This document shows positions 13,001-24,531 of a DNA stretch of 64,000 nt, piece after piece. The DNA lies in the NCBI RefSeq assembly GCF_001447785.1, contig NW_015167071.1, positions 1-64,000 of the forward strand, in the 5' to 3' direction. Source of the DNA: Gekko japonicus (lineage: Eukaryota). Position 1 is the stretch's first letter. Every line of letters starts with the position of its first letter. The notes below the pieces were generated by a model, which had not been told where the DNA came from, did not search any database, and was given only the letters and a program-made list of their open reading frames with translations. The translations under genes and the position numbers were made by a program.

Positions 13001-16000
13001 AGTATTTATAATACAAGTATTCACAGTATTTATAATACCCAGACCTTCTAAAATTTCCATACAATTTTCAATTTCACTGAGATGACCATTCATGACAGTT
13101 GTTTGTTAATTCAGGGGAACTTTATATATATATTTTTGCCCTAGAAATGTTCCATTTTGTGTAAATCCGTCAAGTACTGCTGCTGTACAGTCTCCACTTA
13201 ATTATCACTATTATGTTATATTTTAGCCGCCTCAGCATATTCTCTGGACAAAATAAATAAGTAAAATGCTATTACATTTCTACTCCAGCCAGTCTTTTTA
13301 AAAAGCTCGAGAGAGAGCTTACTTTCATTGTGTGTATGTGTGTGCTTATATGTGCATGTTTTCAGTATGCAGTTCACCTTGAATCATGCAAGCACAATGG
13401 CAGTCCAGCAGCTACCCAACACTTGCCTTGTTTTGTGATTGCTTTCCCAGGGACTTTTGAGGCGAGGCCACCCTAAGGCATTATTAGGTCTAGACTTCCG
13501 TTTCCTCCTGTACATTCTGAAAGGGTTTTTTTCCCCCTCATAGATTTACCCAATTATAAATTTCCCTGATAGCAGCATAAATGACGCCTCCAGGAATGCT
13601 GTTGAGAGACATCGCAGTCAGTTTACTTCTACATCACGGATACTGAGACAGGTGAGTGTAGCAGCGGTTTTGCCTCAGCACTCAAAAGAGAGGTGATGAT
13701 TCACAGTGCTGAGTCCACAGAGTGTTCTTTTCTTTTGCCCTGTGAGAATAGAAAATTTTGGCACATGTGGGCATTCCTCTTCTCGTGGAAGGTTGTGGGG
13801 AATTTCTGCCTATTTTTTTTTTAGCATTTTATTTTATAATTTTCATATAACACTGCATACAAATATAAATCTTGATGTAAGCAAATTGAAAATACATTTC
13901 TCTTTTGCATGGTAAGTACAGTTTGTAAAACAATCTATTAACAGCGAGTCTTTTCCTCTAAAATAAATCTATGTTAATGCAGATAAACCAAACTACAACT
14001 TAAACTACAACTTAAACCATTGAACTCTAAACACACGTGTGGACTGACACATAGACAGTATAGCTATATATCTTAGAATAACGCTATTATTTCTTTGTAT
14101 GTTATGGGAGTTGCCAATGAAAATCCCATAAAATCTAACCATTTTGCAAAAAATAGAGTGTCGTTTGATTGTTGCTTCTGGTTTTATGGGGATATTTATT
14201 TTTTTCTACTCTAGAACAAACTTATTTCTGCTTATTATGAGGCCCTTTAGTGAAACTCCGGCCTCAACCATATATGTGAGTTCTACTGCCCTGATAAACT
14301 TTAAATGAAAACTGTCAAGGTTCACTGGAGCAAGAATGGCAGCACAGTCTAATATAAGTAAGGCTATTTCGGAGGAATCCTACCGATTAGGTCAAGGTGC
14401 TGATGCATATTCTAGAGACAAAATGTTTAGAAGTTGACAAGAAGTAGAGAAAGAGGCCCATGAGGGTAAAGTGCTAAGGAGGAAGGAGAGAGTGCAGTGG
14501 GACAACCCAGCAATCACATGTTGTTCATGCAAAGCTGCCATAGCAGCACTGCAAGCAAACCAAAGCCATCAGAATCCAAAAAGGTACTGAGTGTGGAGAA
14601 TTGGGAAGGTGCATTTTGTGATGAGTGCCAGAACAGAGCCACTTGCATTGCAAACACAGGAAACGGCAGGGATAAGGTTGTTCCATTTGTAGGACAAGGG
14701 TCCAATGCATGTGATTTATGAATGTGATTTCTGATGTTTTTCCTGATTTATATACTGACAGCTGCCATTGTGCCTTCTTAGAAACCTGACCGTAGTATAT
14801 TCAGAACCTAGTATTTAGCCCAGATAGAAGTATAGAAGAGAATATATATTCTATGGTTGCATTTCCTTTTAGAAGAAATAGAACTGAAAAGAGCACATAT
14901 AATCTCTTAGAGGCCTTTAGAAGTAATTAGAAAGCAACAGAATGGAATGGGCTTGAGATTATTAGCATACTCAGTAATTGTGAGCTCTCCAGTTGAAGGA
15001 CATCTGAGAGTGAAAGCTCTGTGATGCAGAGAATCTGGATGTTCCCAAACAACATCTTCCTTTGTAAAGCTAGGCCCCAGGAAGTCTGCCAAGAGCTGAG
15101 TCCCATGTGAATCGTTATACCTTATCAGGAAACTCCCCAATACTGTGCTGAGGTAGCTGAGTCCTGAATGAGGACAGAAGCTTTCCCCACTGTTCCTTGA
15201 TGTTTCTCACTGTTCTGGGACCAAATAAGCAGACACAAATACTTGCATCTCTGACCAGCATAGGGGTACACCAGTGGAGAGGTGCCAGCTCAAATGATGC
15301 TACCTGTTTGGCTCCAATTACAGATTTCTTGAAGTGTGAACAATAGGGATGTCATTTGGGGTATAAGACATTCTGCCCTTCCTGGTTGGGGCAGAATACA
15401 GCTTGGTGTCACTGGGTGCTAAGGTATCCAGTCCTGTATTTTCCTGATTATTGCAATAAACAGATATTCATCCTACTCGCTGGACTCTGACTGTGTGTTC
15501 CTCATCCGGTCCCGGGAGCACATGGGGCACAGATTTGGGCATCACTTTGAACTTCTCCTTCCATGCAATTTAGAAATGTATTGAGGTCACAGTGTTTCTC
15601 CACACATACACACCATTTTTCTACAGCAATATTTGGAGTGTACTTAAGTGGGTNNNNNNNNNNNNNNNNNNNNNNNNNNNCATTCGTCTTGTGGTCAGAC
15701 AAATTTTGTCCTTTCCATTGTGTATTTGGTGTATAGCTTCATTATGATCCATTAAGAGTGTCATGTTGCACATTGCAGTCAATGCTCTTCGGCTGTAATG
15801 ATGATACGTGCACCCCCACTCCAAAAAATCTTGGGTACACAAGTGGAAAACTGGAGCAATGAATATATACAAAGCTCCATTCCATGACGGGTCTTTTTAT
15901 TATGAAAGAAAAGCTTGTTGCAGCTTTGAGCCAGTTGCAGAAATGGATTGAGAGAAACTAGGGTAAGCCTACAGCAGCCACATAACAAGAGCTGCTGGAC

Positions 16001-17557
16001 ACTAGAAAATGAAGGATGGGTCATAAGAACATAAGAGACACCAATGTTGGATCAGGCCAAAGGCCCATCCAGTCCAACACTCTGTGTCACACAGTGGCCA
16101 GAAATACCAGTGCCATCAGGAGGTCCAGCAGTGGGGCCAGGACATTAGAAGCCCTCCCACTGTTGACCCCCCCCAAGCACCAAGAAGACAGAGCATCACT
16201 TGCCCCAGAGCCCCTAGCTATACCTTGTGGCTAATAGCCACTGATGGACCTCTGCTCCATATGCTTATCTAATTCCCTTTTGAAGCCATCCATGCTTGTA
16301 GCACCCACCACTTCCTGTGGCAGTGAATTCCAAGTGTTAATCACTCTTTGGGTGAAGAAGGACGTCCTCTTTCCCATGCATAATCTTATAAACCTCGATC
16401 ATGTCACCCCTCAGTCGTCTTTTCTCCAAGCTAAAGAGCCCTAAGCGCTTTAACCTTTCCTCATAGGGAAAGTGTTCCAACCCTTTTATCATTCGAGTTG
16501 CCCTTTTCTGCACTTTTTCCAAAGCTATAATATCCTTTTTAAGGTGTGGTGCCCAGAACTGCACACAGTATTCCAAATGAGGTCTCACCATTGATTTATA
16601 TAGGGGCATTATTATATTGGCTGATCTGTTTTCAATACCCTTCCTAATAATCCCCAGCATAGCATTGGCCTTCTTTATTGCAGTCACACACTGTCTCGAC
16701 ATTTTCAGTGAGTTATCCACTACAACTCCAAGATCTCTCTCTTGCTCAGTCTCTGCCAGTTCAGACCCCATCAATGTGTATTTATATTTAGGATTTTTGG
16801 CTCCAATGTGCATCACCTTGCACTTGGCCACATTGAACCCCATTTGCCATGTTGACGCCCACTCGCCCATCCTTGACAGATCCCCTTGGAGTGCCTCACA
16901 ATCCTCACTGGTTTTCACCACCCTGAACAACTTTGTATCATCTGCAAATTTAGCCACTTCACTGCTTACTCCCATCTCCAAATCATTAATGAACAAGTTA
17001 AAAAGCAGTGGACCAAGTACTGATCCCTGCGGTACCCCACTGCTTACCACCCTCCACTGAGAAAATTTCCCACCTACACTCACTCTCTGTTTTCTATGAA
17101 CTAGCCAGTTTTTGATCCATAAAAGGACTTGTCCTTCTATCCCATGATTTTTGAGCTTACTTAGGAGCCTTTGATGAGGAACTTTATCAAAAGCTTTCTG
17201 GAAGTCAAGGTAAATAATATCTATTGGATCCCCCTTGTCCACATGTTTGTTCACCCCCTCAAAGAACACTAACAGGTTAGTGAGACAAGATCTTCAGTGT
17301 CCTTCTAACAATTTGGGCAAACCATGATACTTGACAAAGGTGTCCCCAGTTCCAAATAGTACCTCACAGTTGAGATCCTGAAAAATATCCTTGTTTTTTG
17401 TCTTTGTTTTTTACAGAAGCAAACAATTGAGCATATACCTCTTACCAGAGTGGAATACAGATGGCATGAGGCATCCTTCTCTTTTTATGTTTATGGAAAT
17501 GAACGCAAGGTGTATACTGAAGATTATCCTAAAAAGTGTTGCTGTACCATCATATGA
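447..17557 (+). CDS. SSUH2: SSUH2-like gene, paralog A (spliced, 9 coding exons seen, 5'-partial; about 301 aa visible)
   Basis: Exons 447-576, 1759-1819, 4439-4557, 5919-5981, 8741-8826, 11056-11148, 11940-12045, 13544-13651 and 17417-17557 splice in consistent phase into one open frame: IPCISEAEAREAFLEYASSHCCYSS..NTYRYRLETFTESR..PW..PHTTSIK, six CxxC repeats, WKNDVFEYV..IYPIINFP..RILRQKQTIEHIPLTRVEY..FYVYGNERKVYTEDYPKKCCCTII*. These motifs match the SSUH2 (C3orf32) family as recalled. It may be an SSUH2-like paralog rather than the strict ortholog. Confidence 0.93.
1759..1819 (+). CDS. SSUH2: SSUH2-like A coding exon (YRLETFTESRSLEWRTKPFT)
   Basis: TAG acceptor, GTAAAA donor, 61 nt, family motif YRLETF.ESR. 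Confidence 0.93.
4060..4126. repeat. Short imperfect tandem repeat GTGAACACTATTTCAGT x3
   Basis: Three copies visible directly. Confidence 0.8.
4439..4557 (+). CDS. SSUH2: SSUH2-like A coding exon (GKIDVPVVVADLPWNVPVAVPKMFENNTEEVMMPHTTSIK)
   Basis: T-rich tract and CAG acceptor, GTACAG donor, phase 1 to 0; PW..P.MF..PH motif. Confidence 0.92.
5919..5981 (+). CDS. SSUH2: SSUH2-like A coding exon (ECSVCMASGKITCKQCSGRTK)
   Basis: AAG acceptor, GTAAGC donor, 63 nt, two CxxC motifs; same size as B exon 52542-52604. Confidence 0.9.
6027..6631. mobile_element. Non-autonomous hAT-type DNA transposon
   Basis: Terminal inverted repeats (TIRs) TAGGGATGGGCA / TGCCCATCCCTA; 8-bp TSD ATAATGTG / ATAATGTA. 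Confidence 0.75.
7601..7804. mobile_element. hAT MITE, about 205 bp, copy 1
   Basis: TIR CAGTGTTCCCTCTAAGCT; 8-bp TSD TCTGCAGG / CCTGCAGG. Confidence 0.85.
7950..8640 (+). mobile_element. Highly degenerate DIRS-like tyrosine recombinase fragment (tentative)
   Basis: Translation W..FVQKPFIKAAIEALHSVPPHELSSVVALLVITASA..AL and a downstream F.PKV resemble the DIRS recombinase pattern WDL.LVL.AL..PPFEPL..LK.AFL.AITSARR. Many stops; boundaries approximate. Confidence 0.35.
8741..8826 (+). CDS. SSUH2: SSUH2-like A coding exon (DQCHWCKGTGVFISDTCSHCSGTGSSSTL)
   Basis: TAG acceptor, GTAAGA donor, two CxxCxGxG motifs; phase 0 to 2 fits both neighbouring exons. Confidence 0.87.
8869..9420. mobile_element. 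CpG-rich MITE-like element (Harbinger-like TIRs, tentative)
   Basis: Imperfect TIRs GGGTGCGGTCACACG / TGTGTGATCACAGCC; related ends occur at 19752 and 59635. Confidence 0.5.
9948..10165 (+). mobile_element. Short interspersed repeat with CR1-like 3' end (contains a (TG)n run at about 10044-10077)
   Basis: Ends GGTCTCTTCCAACTCTATGATTCTGTGATTCTA; related copies at about 20360-20640 (-) and 62495-62706 (+). Confidence 0.6.
11056..11148 (+). CDS. SSUH2: SSUH2-like A coding exon (CRACSGRGTVNCKDCNGQGRLLTYNALVVNW) with GC donor
   Basis: CAG acceptor; 93 nt like B exon 58625-58717; donor is GCAAGT and gives the split TG|G Trp codon seen in B. Confidence 0.88.
11940..12045 (+). CDS. SSUH2: SSUH2-like A coding exon (KNDVFEYVAHQRSDFPAKLFQAVTGQKLFVDEQDM)
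   Basis: CAG acceptor, GTAATG donor, 106 nt like B exon 61123-61228. Confidence 0.92.
12463..12814 (+). mobile_element. Sauria SINE, full length
   Basis: tRNA-like head GGTGGCTCAAGTGGTTAAG, body AGTAGATAAATAGGTACC, (ACCTTT)n tail, TSD TAGCAACAGTA / TAGCAGCAGTA. Confidence 0.85.
13544..13651 (+). CDS. SSUH2: SSUH2-like A coding exon (IYPIINFPDSSINDASRNAVERHRSQFTSTSRILRQ)
   Basis: TAG acceptor after a pyrimidine tract, GTGAGT donor, 108 nt, YPI..FP and RIL.Q motifs. Confidence 0.92.
16022..17295 (-). mobile_element. CR1 LINE, 5'-truncated (reverse transcriptase C-terminal part), with an internal deletion of about 98 bp
   Basis: ORF 16337-17269 has YLDFQKAFDKVPH, GVPQGSVLGP, FADDTKL and RPHLEYC motifs; (TTCTTATG)n tail. 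Confidence 0.95.
17417..17557 (+). CDS. SSUH2: SSUH2-like A terminal coding exon (KQTIEHIPLTRVEYRWHEASFSFYVYGNERKVYTEDYPKKCCCTII*)
   Basis: T-rich tract and CAG acceptor; QTIE.IP, YVYG and DYP motifs; C-terminal CaaX; TGA at 17555-17557. Confidence 0.94.
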   Translation, partial: KQTIEHIPLTRVEYRWHEASFSFYVYGNERKVYTEDYPKKCCCTII

Positions 17558-17560
17558 TTT

Positions 17561-19175
17561 GTGGATCATGACATTTTTGTCTGGACACATGGTAAAGAAG
17601 CCCTGGACATATTCCACCAGGCATTCAATTAATTTTTAATATGCAGGAAATACATTTTCTGGACACTGCTGTAAAAATACACAATAGGCACATAGACAGC
17701 ACTTTATACCAGAAACCTACTGACCGACAAACATACCTACATGCCTCCAGCTACCATCCTAAACATACCAAATGATCCATTTGATACAACCAGACTGTAC
17801 GCAACACCTGCATCTGCTCCAGTCCTACAGACAGAAATTCACACCTGAGGGATCTACAGCAAACATTTTTGGAACTAAAGTACCCATCTGATGTAGTCAA
17901 GGAACAGCTTACAAAAGCCAGAATGGTACCCAGAAAAAACCTGTTGCAAGACAGGCCCAAAAGAAACAATAACAGAAAACCACTAGTGGTCACCTATAGC
18001 TCTCAACTCCAAACAGTTCAACGCATCATCAGCAACTTACAACCTCTACTGGATAAGGACAGTTCTCTTTCACAACTACTTGGGGGGCAAACCTTTCTTT
18101 GCACACAGACATCCCCCCCTCAGTCTCAAACAACTCCTTACTCAAAATAATACAACATCTAATTTGAATGTGGACACTGGTACCAGAGCTTGCAATAAAC
18201 GCAGATGCCAAAATTGCCATCACATACACCCAGACAACACAATCACTGGACCTAACAAAATTAACTACACCCTGCCAGGCTTATTCACATACTCCTCTTC
18301 TAACATTGTATATGCCATTAAATGCCAATGGTGCCCTTCAGTTCTCTACATAGGACAAACAGGTCAGACCCATTTACCCAAAGGATAAATGGACATAAAT
18401 CTGACATCAAGAATCACAAGACTGAGAAGCCTGTAGGAGAACACTTCAACTTTCCAGGACATTCAATGGGTGACCTCAAAGTAGCTGTTTTATTGCAAAG
18501 GAACTTCAGGAACAGGTTAGAAAGGAAGAATGCTGAGTTGCAAGTTATTGCAATGCTCAGAACAATGGAGTTCCCAGGACTCAACAGGGATATTGGTTTC
18601 CTATCTCACTACATAATGCTAACCTCACTCAGCCCTTACATCTGTATTCTCACCAATCCTCCAGGAGGGCCATACATCCTTTTTATTTTATTTTATTTCT
18701 TATTTGGAATAATAAATTACAATAGTAGATTTTAATGTAACATAATGAATAGTAGAATGTAATGTAGTTTGGGATGGTAGATAAGAATGAATTTGTCTGG
18801 TCTGGGAACAATCACCCCACTCCAAGGAAGAAGATGCTATAAGGTCGCCTCCATGCTTGAGAGGAGACAGATGGAGTGTAATGGAAGGGTTTCAGTTAAT
18901 TACTCTCAGCATTCCACCGTTAATGATACATCTGCCCATTAATCTCCATTTTTAACATATTTATTTCCTTTACTATCCCCCTCCCCCCTGAATTGAACCC
19001 AAACAATTGGTAACCATATAAACTAAAGCTTGTTATTTGTGTTTGGTCCTGGTATTGGTTAAACATTCATTACGCTGCATGTTAATTTACTGGTCACCCT
19101 CTACCTATATGCATGAACTAGTTATTTCCATTGCATTGTATCTGAAGAAGTGTGCGTGCACACGAGAGCTTATTC
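17561..19175 (+). mobile_element. Penelope-like retroelement (RT C-terminus, GIY-YIG endonuclease and 3' end), decayed
   Basis: DIFVWTHGKEAL, HFLDT, LYQKPTDRQTYLHASSYHP, NIVYAIKCQWCPSVLYIGQTGQ, RINGHKSDI..PVGEHFN and GLNRDIGFLSHY, with frameshifts; hammerhead-like relic at 19142-19170. The stretch at about 18680-19000 may be unrelated sequence. Confidence 0.9.
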
Positions 19176-19751
19176 ATTTCTGTTGCAAGACTTACAGAGG
19201 ACGATGTCTCTTAAAAGGGGGGCATCAGGGACAGATCATGTAACACCAGGATTTCTCACTGAAAGCGTGCAATGAAATTTTGCATGGCTATTTGTGCTGT
19301 GTTCATATGCAAAAAGGAAACTTCATATTATAGCAAGTGTTATTTTTATAGCCTCAAAATTTGACCACTATCCTTGTGATAAAATGGCTTTCATCAGTAT
19401 TCCTTATGTTTTTGAAGTTTTAAAATACATATTTACATATTTTAGCTTTTCAATATGTATATTTAGAATGAATCCTATGCTCTATTGTAATACAATCTAC
19501 TGTTAGGGAAGAAATGGGATATGATTTGTTAAGTGCACAGCTCTGCAGCCTTTTGGAATCTTGGGGATGGAAAGCTGAAGTGGAGAGTTGAAAAGGGATG
19601 CGTAAGAGGAATGACTGATTGTCCAGGGCTGAAGAGAAGAAGCCATGAAGTCTAGGGGGCTAGATCGAGGTGCTAAAATGCAACTCTGAACAGAAAAGTG
19701 CTCTCTTAAGATTACTGAGATACTTCAAAGCTACCTGCGTTGATTTATCAG

Positions 19752-20150
19752 GGCCCCAGTCACACGGGCCAGATAACGCGGGGGGGAGGCATGGCTATTT
19801 GTGCCGCCGCAATTTAATTTGCCACTACCTGATCCAACGCTGCGGCGGTGGACCAGGGTCGTTTCTGGCGATGCATGTTTCTGGCGCGCCACGTGCATGT
19901 TTCTGGCGCGCTTCAACGTGGCAAGAAGAGCGCGTTGGAGCGATCAGACGGAGGAGGTCCATCTGCGGCCCGTCGCAAGCTTTTGATAGTGGATTTTCAC
20001 AGGTACCTTTTAATTCCAGATATTCGGCCGGACGGGACGGCCTGGCTACGGGCGCGCGACACTTGCCAGTTGTGCCCGTTTGATCGCGCTCGTAAAACCT
20101 GCCCAGCATCCATGAGTATCCTGCAGCAACTTCTGCGTGTGATCGGGGCC
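19752..20150. mobile_element. CpG-rich MITE (Harbinger-like TIRs)
   Basis: TIRs GGCCCCAGTCACACG / CGTGTGATCGGGGCC; internal repeat CATGTTTCTGGCGCGC. Confidence 0.6.
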
Positions 20151-22777
20151 ATGTATATGTAGTATGTAAATGTCTGAAGCAATCTACTTGTTTAGGGAGC
20201 TAACACTGATTTTAATAGTAAGAAAAGTATGAATGTTCAATTTGTTTTCCTTCATAATAAATTGTTTCTAAAGAAAACAGTTCAGAGTATCTTGCTTACT
20301 TCTCACCCCTCCTACCCACTTAAATCAGGGAGTTTGTTCTTAAATTGGAATTTGACAGTAGAATCATAGAGTTGGAAGGGGCCACCTAGTCCAACCCCCT
20401 GCACAATGCAGGAAATTCACAAATACCTCCCCCTCCACACCCCCAGTGACTACTGTTCCATGCCCAGAAGATGACCCCCCCCAAAAAATCCTCCAGGATC
20501 TCAAGCCAAACTGGCCTGGAGAAAAATTGCTTCCTGACCCCAAAGTGGCGGTCAGCATTTCCCTGGGTGTGTAAAAAAGGGTCACGAGAACTAAGCACTG
20601 AGGCAACCCTTCCTGCCCACGAGAACTAAGCACTTGGAGGCAGAGTTCAAAGGGAACCTCTAGGTGGGGCAGAGGTAGTGGGAGAAGAAGCAGAATAGCA
20701 ATTGCTGAAGCACTCTTGCTGGATCCACTGCCTAGGCTTAACATACGGAAGCAGAGTGAGAGGTTGTGGATGCAGTGCATCAACTTCATTTCTTTCGGAA
20801 CAGCATCTATAGGATTGTGTGTGAGTAATGATAAATGGGTTTGTCCCTGTTTCATATATTGTTCCTGGGGAAAGTCTCAGCTTCTAATGATTAAATGTTG
20901 CAACCTCACTGAATGCTGGACCCAACAGAAACATATAAAGGTTGGGGAGTTCTGACGCAGGATGGCACGTGCAGGGGTCCCCAACCTTCTCGAGCCTGTG
21001 GAATCCTGACACAAGGTGGTGGGTACAAGCACAAAATGGCTGCTGAAGAAGGTGGCGCTAACCACACAGAGGAACAGGAGAGGCAATATTAAAAATACAC
21101 GGGGAAAGAGGGGTGAGTGAGAGTAAAACTGAAGCAATGTTCCTTCAGTCTGCCCAGCCAACTGCATCCCCAATGGCCACTCAGAAGCCCTGCTGGGTAC
21201 AAGCCCCACCCGGCCCTACCCCCTCTCCAAAAGCATTTGGTCAGCAGGAAAGGTGCTGCCGGGTGCCATGAGCACAGCACTCACTCAGAGCCCACCGGAC
21301 AGAAGACTGTTACATACTCTGGGAATACAGTGTTGGTGTGTGTATATAAAGCTGGGTTTTTCAAAAGACGTGAAACCCCCCAAATTGCCCTAGACTCCTG
21401 GCACAAGCCATCAGATTGTTGGGTTGTCATTAGATGTGTCACTTGATTCTCTCCTTATATCCTACTAAAGCAAGCAAGGTAGTTGTTTCTGGGAGATATA
21501 CAGTACTCCTGAGTCACATTTCCACTTCAGGATTCTCTAAAATACTAAGGGATCTCTTCTCTTTGCACTTTAAAGGGTTCTCTGGAAGTGATCAGCTGGG
21601 GTTAGAAGGAAAAAAATTGTGGCCAACCATCCTAAATTCTTAAAATATTCTTTGGGGAAGAATTGGGATAAGGGGATGCACAGTATCGAGTGTGTACACA
21701 CACACACACACACACACACACCCCTTCCGACTTTCTCTTTGAAGGACCCAATATAACAGGAATGGATGCCTTCCCTCTTGGAATTTCTGTTGTTAGAAAG
21801 CTACTATTTACACAAATCAGATCAAAAGAGGAAATAAACCTTTTGTATTTGTCAGTTCATCCAGTGAGAAAAAAAACCAAGAGGTCTGCTGGCTTAGATC
21901 CTGAGCTAAATCTTTGCCCATGGAAGGGATTTCCATGGGGGGGGGGGACATGACTTCCTTGCAGTCCCCCTTCTGTTGTGGTCCAAAATGAACACTGAAG
22001 TAGTAGTCCTGGAGGATGAGATCCCTCTCCCAGAAGCAGCATGAGGGAGGTGCTGGAAGTCTGCAGGAGGAAGGGGTAACCAGAGAAAAATGCCCCCTTT
22101 TCATCAGTGGAAATCTCCCTCTAGATCTAATGTACTGATTTTCTAATTTATGTATACAGCTCCATGCAGACAGAGGGTTCCCAGTTTTCTTCTGTGAGAA
22201 GGATAATGCCCTGTTTACACAATTAGACGTTCCTATGTCTAGACAGAACATTTCTATCAAGGCTTTGGGTCACTCACAATATATTTTGATAGGGATGAGG
22301 GGACAAACCGAAGCTAAATGGATGCTTTAAAATATGAGAAAAACAACAACAATGTAAACATTTTTTTATAAAACACAGCGGGAGCAAACTGGCTGTCAGA
22401 AAATCAATATGTCTACAGGGCAGCCATAGTACTGGAGGAATGTTTCTGAGGGAGGTAATTCAGGAACAATTATTTTGATTAAAGAGTTCTCACTGCTGGA
22501 GAAGGCAGCCCCATCTATATGAGAGGGACAGCTTCACATACTTCAGTGTCTTTAAAACGGTTCAGAGAGGGATGAGCAAAATCACTATGAGGAATTATAA
22601 TGTGCACCCATTTTAAGCAACTTTTGCAATTCAGAATTTGTGAGTTTGCTTCCATCATTCATTGCTTTGTCGATTGTTTGCTTTTAATATAGTGCCTAGC
22701 TCTGACAAGCTCATTAAGTAATGCCTTCTTAGGGAGGGAGTGGTGGTTAAAAGAGTATGCATGGAAGGTTCGTAGTC

Positions 22778-22796
22778 TATTGCCACCTAGTGGCCA
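22778..22796 (-). promoter_or_regulatory. Candidate CTCF site
   Basis: Reverse complement contains GGCCACTAGGTGGCA, matching the CTCF core CCACYAGRKGGCR. Confidence 0.55.
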
Positions 22797-23795
22797 AAAG
22801 GTGTTACAATGTATACTTTCCCTTTCAGTAACCAGTCATCCCCAGTGTGATATTTGAATGAGCCATCAAGTGGAAAGTAATCCCTAAATATTACAGATGG
22901 CTTTCCTTGGGGTGAAAAGGTGATATTGCAAGAGGTGGTTTGCAATGAAAGATCAAGGTACTTTCCCCACCAAAGTTTGACAGCAGTTAACTTTAAACTA
23001 GCCAGTGATATTCAGACTTTTGATCTTGACCCGATCTAGAACCAGGATGGCCCAAATACCACCTTACCCTGGGAACCTTCTGTCCATAAAAGAGGGACCC
23101 CATGACATAGCAAATTGTTCCTCAGACGCCTGGTCCAGATCTCTGATGCTCAGAACTCTAGTTTCCGGCTGAGAACCCCTGCTGCACTCTGCCCCCCCCT
23201 TAAGCCGGTGCCCTGCTCTGCTCTTTGGACCTCAGCCCAGGATTTCAGGTCATGTATCCCTTCCCTAAAACTTCCGAGTTCCTACCCTCCTCCTTTTTGT
23301 AAGTGTGCCCTCTTGTTGGTGTGCGTGTGTTTACTTAGGGAATTAGCTCTCAGATCTTTACATTTTTGTTTTATTTTGTTGTTTTATCAACAAAATTGTT
23401 TGTGTTTAAGATCACTCTCACTCACTTTCTTTCTCCCTAATTTTATTTTGGGGTACCCTTACCAGAGATCCACCCTGGTATACACAGGCTACAAGGTCCT
23501 GCATTATTCCTTTCTGGAACCTTTTAAAAAGCTAATTTCCCTTTCTCTGGGTCCAGGCTGGGTAACACACTCACGGGCTCAAACTCATCATCTTTTCAGA
23601 AAGCTCTCCCAGATTTCTAAGTGTCATCACTGTTCACTGTCAATCTTCCCCCAGCATTACATGAACTCTCACTGGCTGTACTCTGGGAGAGGTGCAACTG
23701 AACCTTTCTGTCACTCCTGTCATCACTGTACACTCAGTAGACAATCATGTAAATGTACAGGGAGCAAATCAATAATTCACCCAGTAAACACAAAC

Positions 23796-24107
23796 TGTAA
23801 TGTATTCATCTCCAACCGCATGCGAGGCTAAGCCTCCACGTGGTCATGCGAAGCTCCCGAGCTTCGCTCTCAGGGACAATGGCTCAAGCGGATCCTAGCC
23901 CGCACCAATAGGAGGGCTAGGCTCCCAGCCAAGGGCCCATGGAACTCTCGGCCACTGTAAATAGCCTATCACTGGTGTGTGGAGGGGTGTTTGGGGTGTG
24001 GGATTGTTGCACATATAAGCCAGCCTGTGAGCCAGGAAAGGTTGTCTTGTTCTTTCCTGAAATAAAGTATGAGAGCTCAATTCACTAGTAAGTCTCAGTA
24101 CTTTTCA
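23796..24107 (+). mobile_element. Solo LTR
   Basis: TG...CA ends, 5-bp TSD CAAAC, internal AATAAA at about 24061; a related sequence lies at about 56300-56610. Confidence 0.6.
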
Positions 24108-24175
24108 CAAACTAAGCGGTGTTTTTAAAGAAATAAAATTCTACCAGTTGGTGTCCATGTTAGTTAGTGTTATTA

Positions 24176-24531
24176 AGGAAAAGGAAAAGGTTTCCCTTTG
24201 CTCAAAAGCCAGTCGAATCCGACCCTAGAGGGAGGTGCTCATCTCTGTTTCCAAGCCGAAGAGCGAGCACTGTCTGAAGACGTTTCCGTGGTCATGTGGT
24301 CGGCATGACTAAGTGCCGAGGTGCATGGAATGCTGCTACCTTCCCACCAAAGTGGTACCTATTTATCTACTTGCAATTTCTTGATTTCGAACTTTCAGGT
24401 TGGCAGGAGCTGGGGCCAGAGATGGGAGCTCACTCCGTCATGCGGCACACTCAAGTCTCGAACTGCCAAACTACAGACCTTCTGATCTGCAGCTCAGCGT
24501 CTTAACCTCTGAGCCACCGGGGGCCCAGTCT
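24176..24531 (-). mobile_element. Sauria SINE
   Basis: Reverse-complement homolog of 12463-12814; flanking direct repeat GTGTTATTA. Confidence 0.8.

Noticed and set aside
16617-17060. Plus-strand ORF repeated at 42791-43054
   Set aside because: Antisense shadow frame of the CR1 reverse transcriptase.
19670-20162. CpG island or cluster of overlapping ORFs
   Set aside because: Explained by a CpG-rich MITE with terminal inverted repeats; not a promoter or gene.
23115-23831. 238-aa ORF
   Set aside because: Non-ATG start, no recognisable domain, and it overlaps LTR-like and low-complexity sequence.
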